From assembly GCF_006345805.1 (NCBI RefSeq), contig NC_043000.1, forward strand, positions 117,924,001 to 117,988,000: a stretch of DNA of 64,000 nt, in the 5' to 3' direction. The notes beneath the pieces are model-generated. The model had not been told where the DNA came from, searched no databases, and saw only the letters and a program-made list of their open reading frames with translations. The position numbers and the translations under genes are program-made. The stretch is from Octopus sinensis (lineage: Eukaryota). Below, in pieces: positions 1 to 12,290 of the stretch (position 1 is its first letter; every line of letters starts with the position of its first letter).

Positions 1-127
1 TGGCCACCCCTCATTATAGTCAGGCATCATATATCTACAAGCATATTATCCAACATGTCCTACGCTTTTTGTAATTATGTTTTGTTTCGTTATTGCTTTT
101 ATGACCGTAGGGCCTGACATTTAAACT

Positions 128-546
128 TATTTCTTTATTGCCCACCAGGGGCTAAACATAGAGGGGACAAACAAGGACAGGCAAAAGGATTAAGTCGATT
201 ACATCGACCCCAGTACGTAACTGGTACTTAATTTATCGACCCCGAAAGATGAAAGGTAAGGTCGACTTCGGCAGAATTTGAACTCAGAACGTAGTGGCAG
301 ACGAAATACCTATTTCTTTACTACCCACAAGGGGCTAAACACAGAGAGGACAAACAAGGACAGACAAACGGATTAAGTCGATTACATTATCGATCCCAGT
401 GCGTAACTGGTACTTATTTAATCGACTCCGAAAGGATGAAAGGCAATTTCGACCTCGGCGGAATTTGAACTCAGAACTTAACGGCAGACGTAATACGGTT
501 ACGCATTTCGCCCGGCGTGCTAACGTTTCTGCCAGCTCACCGCCTT
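128..546 (-). mobile_element. SINE family A (tRNA-derived), concatemer of about 2.5 modules
   Basis: Minus strand reads head GGCGGTGAGCTGGCAGAAACGTTAG (A-box-like), GAGTTCAAATTCC (B-box-like), core GCCTTTCATCCTTTCGGAGTCGAT and tail TTAATCCGTTTGTCTGTCC...AAAGAAATA; the ~195-bp core+tail module repeats. Confidence 0.85.
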
Positions 547-808
547 TTGATATTTAAACTGATAGCTGAAAGCAGTGTATTTCCCTTACCCGGGCAGTGT
601 TCGAATATTATGATGAAAACACGAATAGAAATAGATACTTTAGATATTGATTTCGAATTTTGGCACAAGGCCAGCAATTTCGGATGACGGGATAAGTCGA
701 TTACATTGATTCCTGTGCTCAACTGGTACTTATTTTATCGACTCCCGAAAGGATGAAAGGCAAAGTCGAACTCGGCGTGTCAGCTCTCTGCTTTAATAAT
801 AATAATAA

Positions 809-1271
809 TCTTTTCTACTCAAGGCACAAAGCCCGAAATTTGGGTGGGGAGGGAGAGGATAGTCGATTAGATCTACATCTGTGCGCAACTGGTACTTAAT
901 TTATCGACCCCGAAATGAAGTCGACCTCGTCGGAATTTCAACTCAGAACGTAGCGACGGGTGAAATACTGCTAAGCATTTCGTTCAGCGTACTAACGATT
1001 CTGCCAGCTCGTGCCTTTAATAATAATAATAATAATAATAATATTAATAATAATAATAATAATCTTTTCTACTCAAGGCACAAAGCCCGAAATTTGGGTG
1101 GGGAGGGAGAGGATAGTCGATTAGATCTACATCTGTGCGCAACTGGTACTTAATTTATCGACCCCGAAATGAAGTCGACCTCGTCGGAATTTCAACTCAG
1201 AACGTAGCGACGGGTGAAATACTGCTAAGCATTTCGTTCAGCGTACTAACGATTCTGCCAGCTCGTGCCTT
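809..1271 (-). repeat. Two identical tandem SINE-A copies (809-1017, 1063-1271) separated by (AAT)n
   Basis: Direct comparison shows identical sequence including private variants; period 254 bp. Confidence 0.9.
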
Positions 1272-1342
1272 TAATAATAATAATAATAATAATAATATTA
1301 ATAATAATAATAATGATAATAATAATGATAATAATAATAATG

Positions 1343-1379
<37 letters not shown>

Positions 1380-1380
1380 T

Positions 1381-1790
1381 AAACAAATATAAAGATCTTG
1401 AATTAGAAATCAGCAAAATGTGGAACCTGAAAACTAAAACAATACCTGTTGTCATAAGTGCCCTGGGAATGATAGCGAAAGGGGCTGATTGCTACCTAAC
1501 TCAGATACCAGGAAACCCAAAAATGGCAGAAATTCAAAATATAGTGCTCATGGGAACTGCTCATATCCTACGCAAAATACTTTCTATGTAATCTCAGGGT
1601 TTAAAACAAACATAATTTTCGTTTCTTTTTTTTTTTTTTTGGACATTCACTAGTACAACACCAAAAAACCCCAAATATATGGCACACTAGGCATAACAAC
1701 AACATGAACTTCCAACCTGTTGTCTCTTGAGGTCCCTGGGTGAGACTTGGAGCCAACTTGTATAAATATAAAGCAAAAGTCAAACATAGA
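1381..1790 (+). mobile_element. 3' fragment of an R4/Dong-clade non-LTR retrotransposon (restriction-like endonuclease C-terminus + 3' UTR)
   Basis: KYKDLELEISKMWNLKTKTIPVVISALG...IQNIVLMGTAHILRKILSM* matches the K-Y-x-D-L...IPVVIGALG...LGTAHILR motif of RLE-type elements; flanked on both sides by (AAT)n. Confidence 0.8.
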
Positions 1791-1836
1791 ATAATAATAA
1801 TAATAATAATGATAATAATAATAATAATAATAATAA

Positions 1837-2240
1837 TCTTTTCTACTCAAGGCACAAAGCCCGAAATTTGGGTGGGGAGGGAGAGGATAGTCGATTAGAT
1901 CTACACCTGTGCGCAACTGGTACTTAATTTATTAACTCCGAAAGGATGAAAAGGGTACTTGTATCGCAGAGTGCACACACGTGCAGACGCGCGTCCGCGC
2001 TAGCCAGACGTAGGCAGTCGATCCTACAAGCTGACTGGCGTATGCACGATATATACTTGTATCGATATATACGTGTATACGATATATACGTGTATACAAT
2101 ATATACTTGTGTGCAAACCGGGACCACTCTACGATACAAGTACCGATGAAAGGCAACGTCGGCCTCGGCGGAATTCAATCTCAGAACGTAGAGACAGACG
2201 AAATGCCGCTAAGTATATCGTCCGGCGTGCTTGCCGCCTT
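1837..2240 (-). mobile_element. SINE-A copy interrupted by a MITE
   Basis: SINE core is split at GGATGAAAG and resumes at 2145; 1837-1950 is nearly identical to the 809 and 1063 copies. Confidence 0.8.
1954..2144. mobile_element. 191-bp MITE with 20-bp TIRs and 8-9 bp TSD (Merlin- or MULE-like)
   Basis: Left GGTACTTGTATCGCAGAGTG versus right CACTCTACGATACAAGTACC (1 mismatch); flanks GATGAAAAG and GATGAAAG. Confidence 0.8.
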
Positions 2241-2699
2241 AATGGTGTCAAGTTTTGCGACAAGGGCAGCAATCGACTGGCCACCTCCCCCGAAATTTCG
2301 GGTCTTGTGCCTAGAATAGAAAAGAATTTACCACCTATTTTAGGGAGATATGAAGACTGTATATAAGACAATTATATATTAATAAAGATATATTCTCGAC
2401 ATTCATAACTAGAATACCAACATATCATAACATATCCTTAAATATATATACGGAGTAATTACTCCTTTTTTTTCTTTTGCAATATAAATACATTAGTGTT
2501 GAAGTAGGCCCCGTAGAATACATTATTTCGAGGGAGAAAGAAAGATAGAAAGTGAGAGAGATAAAATACAAACAAAAATATGAATATGTTTGTTATTTTA
2601 ATGGCACCTTTACAGCATGTGTTTTATACAAATAGAGCAGTGCGTAATCCTGCTTTACGATAATCCTCCCTTTAAATATTGATAATAATTTTTTTTTAA

Positions 2700-3230
2700 G
2701 TATAAATTATTCTATGCGAAATTGCAGCTTCTTCTCTTTGGTCTAAAAAATTTTCGCATATTTATCAATAGTATTCATTACTTACTATTATACCCAATTA
2801 AATATCAGGTTATGTTTGGCAAAGTCTTGGGTTTAAACTCGATTTTTTCCGGTATATGGTCAACCCCATGAACAATAAAAAAGACAGTCGTTTATCTGTG
2901 GAATTGAACTGACATCCTTCATGCACCGTAAATATTCACGTAATGTCTGCCCTATTAACTCCAACTTCAACAATTTATCGTGGAAATAAAGCTAAAGATA
3001 TTCTTTTAAGAATAACAAAACAGCGCAAAATAGCGTGTAAATTTAATGGCCGTTAAATATTTTACGCTAATTTCTCTCGTTTCGAAATCGTCTCAGATAT
3101 ATGTTACACGAACATCACCTGTTCAAATTCCTCGGATGATTAACCGCTCCTTACACATTTAATTTCCTTGGCGACATTTTGTGAACTGCACGGCTCAGAA
3201 TACTATAACAACTGTCTCCTCATCTTCCTT
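2700..3230 (-). pseudogene. Highly decayed mariner-like transposase relic
   Basis: Fragmentary minus-strand translation (PCSSQNVAKE, FPR*IVE) loosely resembles mariner HTH2 and the start of the DDD domain; many stops and frameshifts. Confidence 0.3.
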
Positions 3231-3526
3231 TATAATAATTGTTAGGCAAGCAAACTCCATTAAGTATTTCGACTTATGCTAGCTGTAAACTAATATATGT
3301 CATTATGTGTCTACGTGAGTTATAAGTGTAAACGTATGAGTGATTGTGTAATTTGTAAACTAAATACATGAAGATACACAGAATAAGAATTATCTCAAAT
3401 ACAATCGCGCACGCGGTGCACACATGTAGGTATCTATAGACATTCCCACACACACATATACACACACACATATACATACATACATGCATGCATACATACA
3501 TACATACATACATACATACATACATA

Positions 3527-3676
3527 CTGTATGGTAAGTAGCTTGTTTACCAACCACATGGTTCCGGGTTCAGTCCCACTGCGTGGCACCTTGGGCAAAT
3601 GTCTTCTGCTATAGCCTCGGGTCGACCAAAGCCTTGTGAGTGGATTTGGAAGACAGAAACTGAAAGAAGCCCGTCG

Positions 3677-3753
<77 letters not shown>

Positions 3754-3986
3754 TGTGTGTGTTTGTGTGTCTGTGTTTGTCCCCTAGCATTGCTTGACAA
3801 CCGATGCTGGTGTGTTTATGTCCCCGTTACTTAGCGGTTCGGCAAAAGAGACCCATAGAATAAGTACTGGGATTACAAAAGAATAAGTCCCGGGGTCGAG
3901 TTGCTCGATTAAAGGCGGTGCTCCAGCATGGTCGCAGACAAATGACTGAAACAAGTAAAAGAGTAAAAGAGTAAAAGAGTAAAAAG
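3527..3986 (+). mobile_element. SINE family B (tRNA head, CORE/V-like CCTTGGGCAA motif, internal microsatellite, (GTAAAAGA)n tail)
   Basis: TGGTAAGTAGCTTG...GGTTCAGTCCCAC...CACCTTGGGCAAATGTCTTC, internal (TA)n, ends in GAGTAAAA repeats; many homologs in the window. Confidence 0.85.
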
Positions 3987-3989
3987 TAT

Positions 3990-4500
3990 ATTGATTCGTT
4001 GTTTTAAGTGGATCTCTTAATGAGTCCAGGACATTTCAAGTGATTTTCAGTTGTTGTGTGTGATACATTTAACCTTTCTGCAATCTATTGCACAGTTATA
4101 TGACAATAAGATTCAATTATGGCTTTGATTCGGTCACCATCAACTTCAGTAGGTCAACCAGAACGTTGGTCATCTTTAGGTGAAAAATCTTCAGAACGGA
4201 ATGTTTTAAACCATTTCTGACAAGTGCGTTCTGTTAAGCAATCAACACCATAAACTTCACATATCTTTTTGTGAGCCTCAGCAGCTTTCTTGCCTTTACG
4301 GAAATAAAAGAGCAAAATAAAGTGAAAATGTTCGTATTTGCACTCCATGTTAAAATTGAAACTGAACTAACAGCTGTAAACAAAATTACGCGCAATTTGC
4401 TTCTAAAGTAAGCTAAAAGTAACGGCTATCAAATGCCAAAAGGAAAAAAATCCTAACATTGACAGTACGGATGAAGCTATACTACATTAACAAATATATA
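3990..4500 (-). mobile_element. 5' part of a mariner transposon, truncated by a SINE-B insertion
   Basis: ORF 4348-4154 MECKYEHFHFILLFYFRKGKKAAEAHKKICEVYG...ERTCQKWFKTFRSEDFSPKDDQRSG is a typical mariner N-terminal HTH. Confidence 0.85.
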
Positions 4501-5744
4501 TCTGTGTGTGCATATGTCAATGTATTCTGTGCGTGTGTATGTTGTTTGTATTTATATGTTTGTATGTGTAAAATTTGTATGTTGTCTGGATTTTCACAAC
4601 AACAAATATAAGAAATAGTAAATTACCTAAGCTAATTAATTTAGGGCAATCAAATATAGATTTTCTTTTTAGATTCAGAAAGAATATATTATAAACTTTT
4701 CTTATTTGTTAAATGTTTTGTCTTTAGATGAATCTTAAACAGTATTTTATTTTGACTGACAAATAAAAGACAAAAAAACTCGCAAACTTTAAAACAAAAT
4801 ATATAACAAAAGTAAAATTACTTTGAATGTCACTAATAACAGTATGGAGTTAATATAATATTATTCCTAATATCTCCAGATTTCTGTTAGCTCATCCAGT
4901 TAGAGATTTAGTCAGAGATTAATCATTAACCGCTATATAGTTCTACTGGAAAATAGCCAGCTCAGCTCTGGAGTAAAAGTTTTATCAGGACACACTATTT
5001 TCCCTCACATGTCGTTACGTATACATTTCTTCACAGCATTTTTATGACTCGATCTAAAGTAATCAGATCACTTTTATGCATATAACAGCCCCGAACGTCG
5101 TTAATCCTTATAGCAGCTCATAATTCTGGCGTCTTGTCTAAAGTTTCATAAATAACTATTTAGCACAGTACGGATAAAGCTAAACTACACACAACAAAGG
5201 AATTTCGTAATCGGTTTACGATTCGAGCGGGATAAGCAATTGGAGACAAAACTATGAATTAAATTTTCGTCCATTATTTTTCTCTTAGGCAGTTAGTTTT
5301 ATTATTTTCTCTGGGTTATATCTTCAATGAAGAAAGATTTATTGAGATCTTTTTTTCGTTGACAAGACGCCAAATAAATGATCAGCTTTGCTGAAAATCA
5401 GAATCATGCGCTAATTTATTTATATTTTATTTTTTTAAACATATGAAAAAAAAATGCTTCAGTAATTTTCTGAAAACCTGTTGCCAATCAATTTGTTAAT
5501 TTCTATTTAGTTATTAGTTTTATGGAGTGTGTTGGTGTACTATCAACAAATATATGTAGTAACGTCTCCCCGTAAGCCAAACAAATTTTATTGTATTCTC
5601 CCAATAGTTACCTGTAATTTGTTTGATGAAATTACAATAAAATAATAAACATGACGATTTCTCTTCTTGTTCGTGAGTCACATGATATGCTGCCAATGCT
5701 TTCCATTTGATCACCTGATAATAAATATGTCGTCTGCTAATGAT

Positions 5745-8100
5745 TATTAGGCAACGAAACAAGATTTATTGTCTGCGACCCAGACAAGTGGTGCTGTATT
5801 AAACTAAATCAAGTACGCTGATTCCGAATTTGAACTCAGAATTGCTGTAGCAATTGAGTTATGCGCATAATTATATATTAATACTATATTAGAATCAGGA
5901 GTAGTTAAGTTCAAGATAAATAATTATTATTATAGTATATTAGTACTGTATATAGTAAATTTATATCCAAAGCAAATAGTATTATAATATAATGCTACAT
6001 AGCATATTTATGTTAAGAGAATACTCACTTTATTTTTGATATGCTCAGCTCAGAAATGTTTGAGACACTTGCCCTTGCGCTTATGCGTCGTGCTGTTCTC
6101 CCGTTGTAGAAACCAGCAGTAGTCACCCATCATGTGTGAATTGAACAGGCCTTGATACCTCGTTTCCATCTCAGATATGTCCGGGTGGAACCTCTTACCA
6201 TGCTGAATACTAAGGGCATCAAGATACGTTGGAAAAAAATTGAGATGAGAAAGCAAGAAGTGCATTTTAAGGGACATTCGGCATCCCATTCTTTCATATC
6301 CTGTTAGCATGTAGTTTATTAAATCAGCATAGTTTTTAGCTCTGTGATTTCCAAGAAAGTTCTGCACAACTAACACGAATGAATTCCATGCCGTCAGCAC
6401 AACTGGATTTAGTTTACCTCTGAATTTGCTATCAGATATAAATTCATGGATCTTGGATCCAATGAAAATGCGTGCCTTCAGTTTTGCGTCACTTTTCTCT
6501 GCACCAAAATTTTACTTTTAGGTACTGGAAGCCACAACCATCGTGTATAATTGATTTTACGAAGTTTTTCGTAAGGCCAAGTGTAGGAGTGAAAGGAAGA
6601 TATTTTACCTGGTTACCAGTGGCATATGATGCACATTGTACCGACCGACTATGCGCTCATCTCTTTTAGGCCAGTTTCTTAAAGTATAATGATTGCTGTC
6701 GTCGTGGCTGTTCCAAACACACAAGAAGCACTTATTTTGGGTATATCCCAGCTGCAGTCCTAAGAGAAGGGAAATCACCTTTATATCACCACAAACATTC
6801 TACTTATGAACTGAGTAATTAACTCCTTTCAGAAAGAGTTCCGTCAATTCATAAGTTTCTTCCATACCGACAACATGACCCACAGGAATGGAAGGTTTTT
6901 GATTACCATTATGTGACAACACAGCTTTGAAGCTAACCTTACTCTAGTCTATAAACATTCTCCATTCGTTAGCCACATGCACGTGTCCTAGTTTTTGCAT
7001 GAGTGCATTAATGTCAGTACAGAAACAAGCATAACTTTCTTGCTTGAAAAAGACAGATAAGCCTTTATAGCGAGAACAGAAAATGAAGTTTTCGTACCTT
7101 GCTGTAGGAGATTCCGTTGTTGTAGTTTGGATCCCAGAACTTCTGCCCTTTTCTTTGACAATGCTAGGTCTCTTATTAAATAGTTCAAATCGTTTTGATT
7201 AAACTAGCCTGGCTCATTTTTCTTAGAATCACCTACGTACACTTCGTCGATAGAAGAGTCAGGGAGTCAAGATTTTCAAGTGAAGCACGTGAGAGAAGAA
7301 CTGGGATAGAGTTCTCGAAGTCATGTGGGACCAGTTTTAGATCCACTTGCAATCTGCATACACAATTTTTGCTATGGTTTTCTTTGAGAAGCCAGTAATA
7401 TTAGTCATGCAAAAGCAACAATCAGAAGCATGATTGGTTGGGTCACGCCATACCATTGGTGCAGCAAAAGGCATTCCCTTCCGCTTTCCATTCAGCCACT
7501 GTGTAAGCCTTGAGTAACACATGGTGCAGCATTTATGAGGTGCCCACCTCTTGTCTTGGTCCCCAACTTTACATCCGAAATAATATTTATAGGCAGTTTT
7601 TAATTTGGTGACAATGTTCTTCCACTGGTCACGCGGAACATATTTTCCACAGACATAACAAAAGTTGTCTGGGGGATTCACTCAGCCTCTCCTATTCATG
7701 ATCTAACATAATGAACACAGTTAAAACAATAATCGCGCAGTGCAAGAGATACCCATACCATATGTGCCGGCAGCACAAACGACACTGAGAGTTACCAAGA
7801 ACAAACTGACGTATTTGGTACTGCATGCAATACGTCAGCGCCATCTATTGCTAACCTAAATGATGAACTTTCTCATCGTTTGCTTTATTACTGTTATTTC
7901 TTCAATTTCGAATTAAGACCGCTTTCATTTCAGCAAATTTTATAATACTAGCCGAAAGTATAGTTATAATCTTGCACATGCGCATAACTCAAAATCCTGA
8001 CACGCTAGGACGATTCTGAATGTGGATTCGGAATCGGAACCCTCGATTTAGTCTAAAACATCTGCTCTTACCCCAATAGCAAAAGCTTTTTTGCCCAGTG
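5745..8100 (-). mobile_element. Near full-length decayed Chapaev3-like (CMC) DNA transposon
   Basis: Right end ...TTGCCCAGTG (CACTGGGCAA on minus); imperfect subterminal inverted repeats sharing ACTAAATC, GATTCCGAAT, TCAGAAT and TTGAGTTATGCGCA at ~5795-5867 and ~7978-8060; left terminus degenerate. Confidence 0.7.
6050..7699 (-). pseudogene. Chapaev3-type transposase pseudogene
   Basis: MNRRG*VNPPDNFCYVCG...GDQDKRWAPHKCCTMC (zinc-binding), WRMFID*SK, CGDIKVISLLLGLQLGYT..CFLC.W, MSLKMHFLLSHLNFFP...QHGKRFH; stops and frameshifts; family name from memory. Confidence 0.8.
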
Positions 8101-8201
8101 TAATATTTCAATTAGCAGCAAGATGATCTGCTTTCTTTCTATTTTCCCCTCTGTCGGCGCAACGTTTCAGCGTATCTCTCTCTCCTTCTATTTCCCTCTC
8201 A

Positions 8202-8241
<40 letters not shown>

Positions 8242-8559
8242 CTTTTTCCTTCTCTCTGTCTGTCTTTGTTTGGTTGTCTGCCTGTTTGCCCCCAACTCTT
8301 TCCCTTCTCCCTCTCTTTCCATCTCTCCTTTCCGCAAAATGTATTTGTTTTCATTTTGTACTTTCTTTTCCCAGGTTTCTCTTTCATTTTAGCGGTATAA
8401 GTTTAATGTAAAACAACATGTATACATATATGTCTCACTCTTTCTCTTTTTTGTCTCCCTCTTTTCTATATATTTAGCGATTTCATTTTAAATTCACACA
8501 CAGAGATCACATTTTTTTCTCTCTCTTCTCTCTACCACGATGTTTCTTTTGCAATGAGT

Positions 8560-8900
8560 TTCTTTTGGACACCTTGTCTTTCTCCAACCAACAAGACTGC
8601 TGCAGTTAATGTTCAGTATGAATATATGTAGAATTGTGTCTGCTGTGAAAAAAAATTCCGTTTGTACACAGTACAACCATGAAACACTGTTAGGGATCAA
8701 CATTTAGGTGGGTAATTTTTTTTTTCTGGCGGTGTCTAGAAAATGAAACACAGTAACGGTGACTCGAGAATGTATGTCGGTTGGCCAAAGTGGAATTGGT
8801 TTGTGCTTAACGTATTCAGTGTATTTGGAATAAATGTAGTGGCGATTGAAGAAACAGAAGAAGAAACTGCACGCGTGGTTGAAGTGTGTTGGGTGATTTC
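8560..8900 (-). pseudogene. Possible Tc1-like transposase 3' relic
   Basis: HFNHA...FNRH...IPLWP...FHFL loosely resembles the APPHF...WPPRSPDL..DFFL motif; TIR-like TTTTGGACACCTTGT near 8560. Confidence 0.3.
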
Positions 8901-9758
8901 TGTTTAAAAGTGGAATAGTCTTACTTTTCATAAGATCTAAGTTATTTTCATGTCTAACAGCCGCGCAGTTTCAAAAATGCGAGCTCTCTTCAGGTGTCAA
9001 TTTTAATTGAGCATTGTAGAGGATAAGATTATGGTTGGTGTATATTTTATCTTAGAAAATGGTAATATTTGTTGTTCACATCACAAGAATTTAGAAATTT
9101 CGATAGACATGAAATAAATTGTTTTTATCTCTGGAACTCGAAGAAGATAAAACTATAAATAAAAGCGTGTAAATATTTCCCTTGGCTGGAAAAAAATCGA
9201 AGGTTGTCGGTGGAACTCGAACTTACATCTTCTGTAATCATGTTTTAGCAACTGCACATGCGTGTCATCGACATACGAGATTATGAGCCCGTTAATCATT
9301 CATGTGTAAAACGGATGAGATACACGACTGTTTCCTAGATGGTAATCTTAGTGTTGTTGAAATAGACTAGGTTGTAAGGTCCTTCTGGAAAATTAATGTC
9401 TGTAATTCCTTGTGGGGTGTGGAAGGAGAGAACAGGGTCTTTCAAACTTAATTAGAAGTTGTGTCCAAATCTATTCGCTTTCACAACAATCGAAACCTGA
9501 TGTAATATTTGTCAGCCACAGTTTGGAAAATGTACGTTTATTCCACTTAAGAATGCAATCTAATATCAGATTATAAACATAGATAACTGCAGTTGTTAGG
9601 ATCAAAAGTTTTTGAGATGATATTTGAATAAAATGTAGATGTGAATACAAATTGTTTTGTCCTTTTGAAATTGTTTTCAAATCACTATACTTCCTCATTT
9701 TCTTTACAGCCATTTGATTGTGGTTTTACTGGAGCATTCTCATTTAAAAGCGGTGGAT

Positions 9759-9868
9759 AACAGCTCTTGAGTATCCCAAGCGATCACCCATCTAGGAACT
9801 AACCAGATTCAACATTACTTCACGCCGATGTTTGGACGTTAACCAGTATTTTCAGATAGATATGGCGA
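9759..9868 (-). pseudogene. Decayed 5S rRNA-derived sequence (pseudogene or SINE3 head)
   Basis: Minus strand CGCCATATC...CGTCC...CTGGTTAGTTCCTAGATGGGTGATCGCTTGGGATACTC...GCTGTT is colinear with metazoan 5S over ~110 nt, with many substitutions. Confidence 0.75.
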
Positions 9869-9873
9869 TATAT

Positions 9874-10087
9874 ATTTCTTTACTACCCACTAGGGGCTAA
9901 ACAAGGACAGACAAACGGATTAAGTCAATTACATCGACCCCAGTGCATAACTGCTACTTAATTTATCGACCCCTAAAGGATGAAAGGCAAAGTCGACCTC
10001 GGCGGAATTTGAACTCAGAACGTAGAGACGGGCGAAATACTGTTAAGCATTTCGTCCAGCGTGCTAACAATTCTGCCGGCTCGCCTC
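9874..10087 (-). mobile_element. SINE-A monomer
   Basis: Head, core and long tail match the other A copies. Confidence 0.8.
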
Positions 10088-10690
10088 GAAAGTTCATTAA
10101 TCACTACTTCTGCAAGTACAGGGAGATTACCTTGCTTTAAGGGGCTCAGAATAAAATCGAAATATACAAAGTTGTTTACTGTACTTTGCGGAACATTAAA
10201 AATATTAATATCAGTATCATCGACTAATGCGGATATTTTCTCATTTATTTAATACAGGTGCCATGTATAAAATAAGTTAATAATAGTTTGCTTAAAGAGC
10301 GAGGTTATTTATAAAAGTTTCCATCAACCTTAAGATAGTAAAGTATAGGCAAAAATTAGTACTTATTTTAGTCGTATCGGTCTCTTTTGTCGAACCAGCA
10401 AATCCATACTGATCGTCAAGTGGTGGGGTTGGGAGGTAGAGACACATGGACGCACACATATATAAAGGCTTCCATAGTTTTCGTCAAAATAATTCACTTA
10501 CAAGTCCGAGGGTCCAGTAGACAACGACGAACGAGCTACTACTACTAATAAGGGTTTCAAATTTTGGCACAAAAGCCAACAATTTCGGGGTAGAGGTAAG
10601 GCCCAATGTTCAACTGGTACTTGTTTTATCGGCCCCCCAAAAGATGAAAGGCAAAGTCGAGCTCGGTGGACTAATAATCATAATGATGAC

Positions 10691-10723
<33 letters not shown>

Positions 10724-10964
10724 AATAATAATAATAATAATAATAACAATAATAGCTTCAAATTTTGCCGCAAGGGCAGCAATTTTGGGGGAGGGGATGA
10801 GTGTTCAATTGGTACTTATTTTATTGACCCCGAAAGGATGAAAGGTAAAGTCGACCTCGGTGTAATTTTAACTCAGAATATTGCGATGGGCGAAATACCG
10901 CTTAGCATTTCGTCCGGTGCACTAACGATTCTGCCAGCTCGCCGCCTTAATGATGATGATGATG

Positions 10965-11012
<48 letters not shown>

Positions 11013-11732
11013 TAATGATAATAATAATAATAATAAATATATGATTTTATAATGATAAAAAAATATTCAGCATTAGATATCATCTCAAATACATATATTT
11101 AGCAAGTTTTAGTTATTTCATTCGAACTTTTACTTTTTATTTTTATTATTAATGTCGGATCATAGAAACGAACAAGCAACAGATTAAGGAAACCAGCGGC
11201 GGCCTTCCGTAAGTAGCTACTCCATATTTTCTGCTTGGCAAGAAACAACTTTTATGAACTATCAGTTTGTATGTAATACACGAAAACCTGATATGATCAT
11301 TACATGCCATCTGTGTTAATTATCCTTGCTAGTAGACACCCACTGTAATCAGATAAATGGAAGCCTTTTACTTGTTTAAGTTTTTTTTTATTTTTACTGC
11401 GGTTTTTGTTTTCTTGTTTCTTTACGCCAAATTATTTGTCGCGCTCCGCCCCACATATCAACCCTGTACAACAGTACGTGTTGAACGTTTGCAAAGTATT
11501 TTCCCACATACTGGTAGTCTGATGACAAAGACGAAAAATAAATGAATAATAATAATAATAATGATAATAATAATAATAATAATAATAATATAATAATAAT
11601 AATAATAATAATAATGGAATGGGATAAATAAGTAAGCTGTAATGTAATAAGATTATGTGACGGATATGACAGCGACCACGACGTCAACTCCGAATGCAAC
11701 CCCGGTAATCCCTTTGACGATGCGAGAGGGAG

Positions 11733-12290
11733 ATGAAAGAGGGAAAGGAAGAAGAAGAAGAAGAAGAAGAAGAAGAAGAAGAAGAAGAAGAAGAGATAGA
11801 AAGAAAGACGTCGAAAAAGAATAAAGGAAGAAAGGGAGGGAGGAAGGAAGGAATGAAGGAAGGAAGGCGGGAAGGTAGGAAGGGCGAAGAAAAATGGAAG
11901 AAGAAAAATAAGAGAAGGGGGAGGACGGAAGACGAAGAAGAAAAGGGAGGAAGAAAGAAAGAAGTAAGAAGGAAAGAAAAGAAAGAAAGAAAAGGAAGAA
12001 AGAAAAGGAAGGAAGAAAAAAGGAAGAAAGAAAGAAAGGAAGAAAGAAAGGAATAAAGAGCGAAAAGGAAGGAAGAAAAAAGATGATGAAAAATAGAAGA
12101 AAAAATGAAAGAAAAGGAGGGAATGAAGAAAGAAAGAAAGAAAAGGAAGAAAGATGAAAGGAAAATAAATAAATAAATAAAGAACGAAAAGGAAGGAAGA
12201 AAAAGACGATGAAAAATAGAAGAAAGAGGAGGAGGAGAAGAAAAAGAAGATGGCGATGACGACGGTGACGAAGTAGTCATCATAGATAGG
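11733..12290 (+). repeat. Long polypurine (GAA/GGAA/AAAG) low-complexity tract
   Basis: About 560 bp almost entirely A/G on the plus strand, starting with (GAA)n. Confidence 0.95.

Noticed and set aside
128-546. Regularly spaced ~195-bp repeats as a CRISPR-like array
   Set aside because: The spacers are themselves repeated (SINE modules); eukaryotic context; no cas genes
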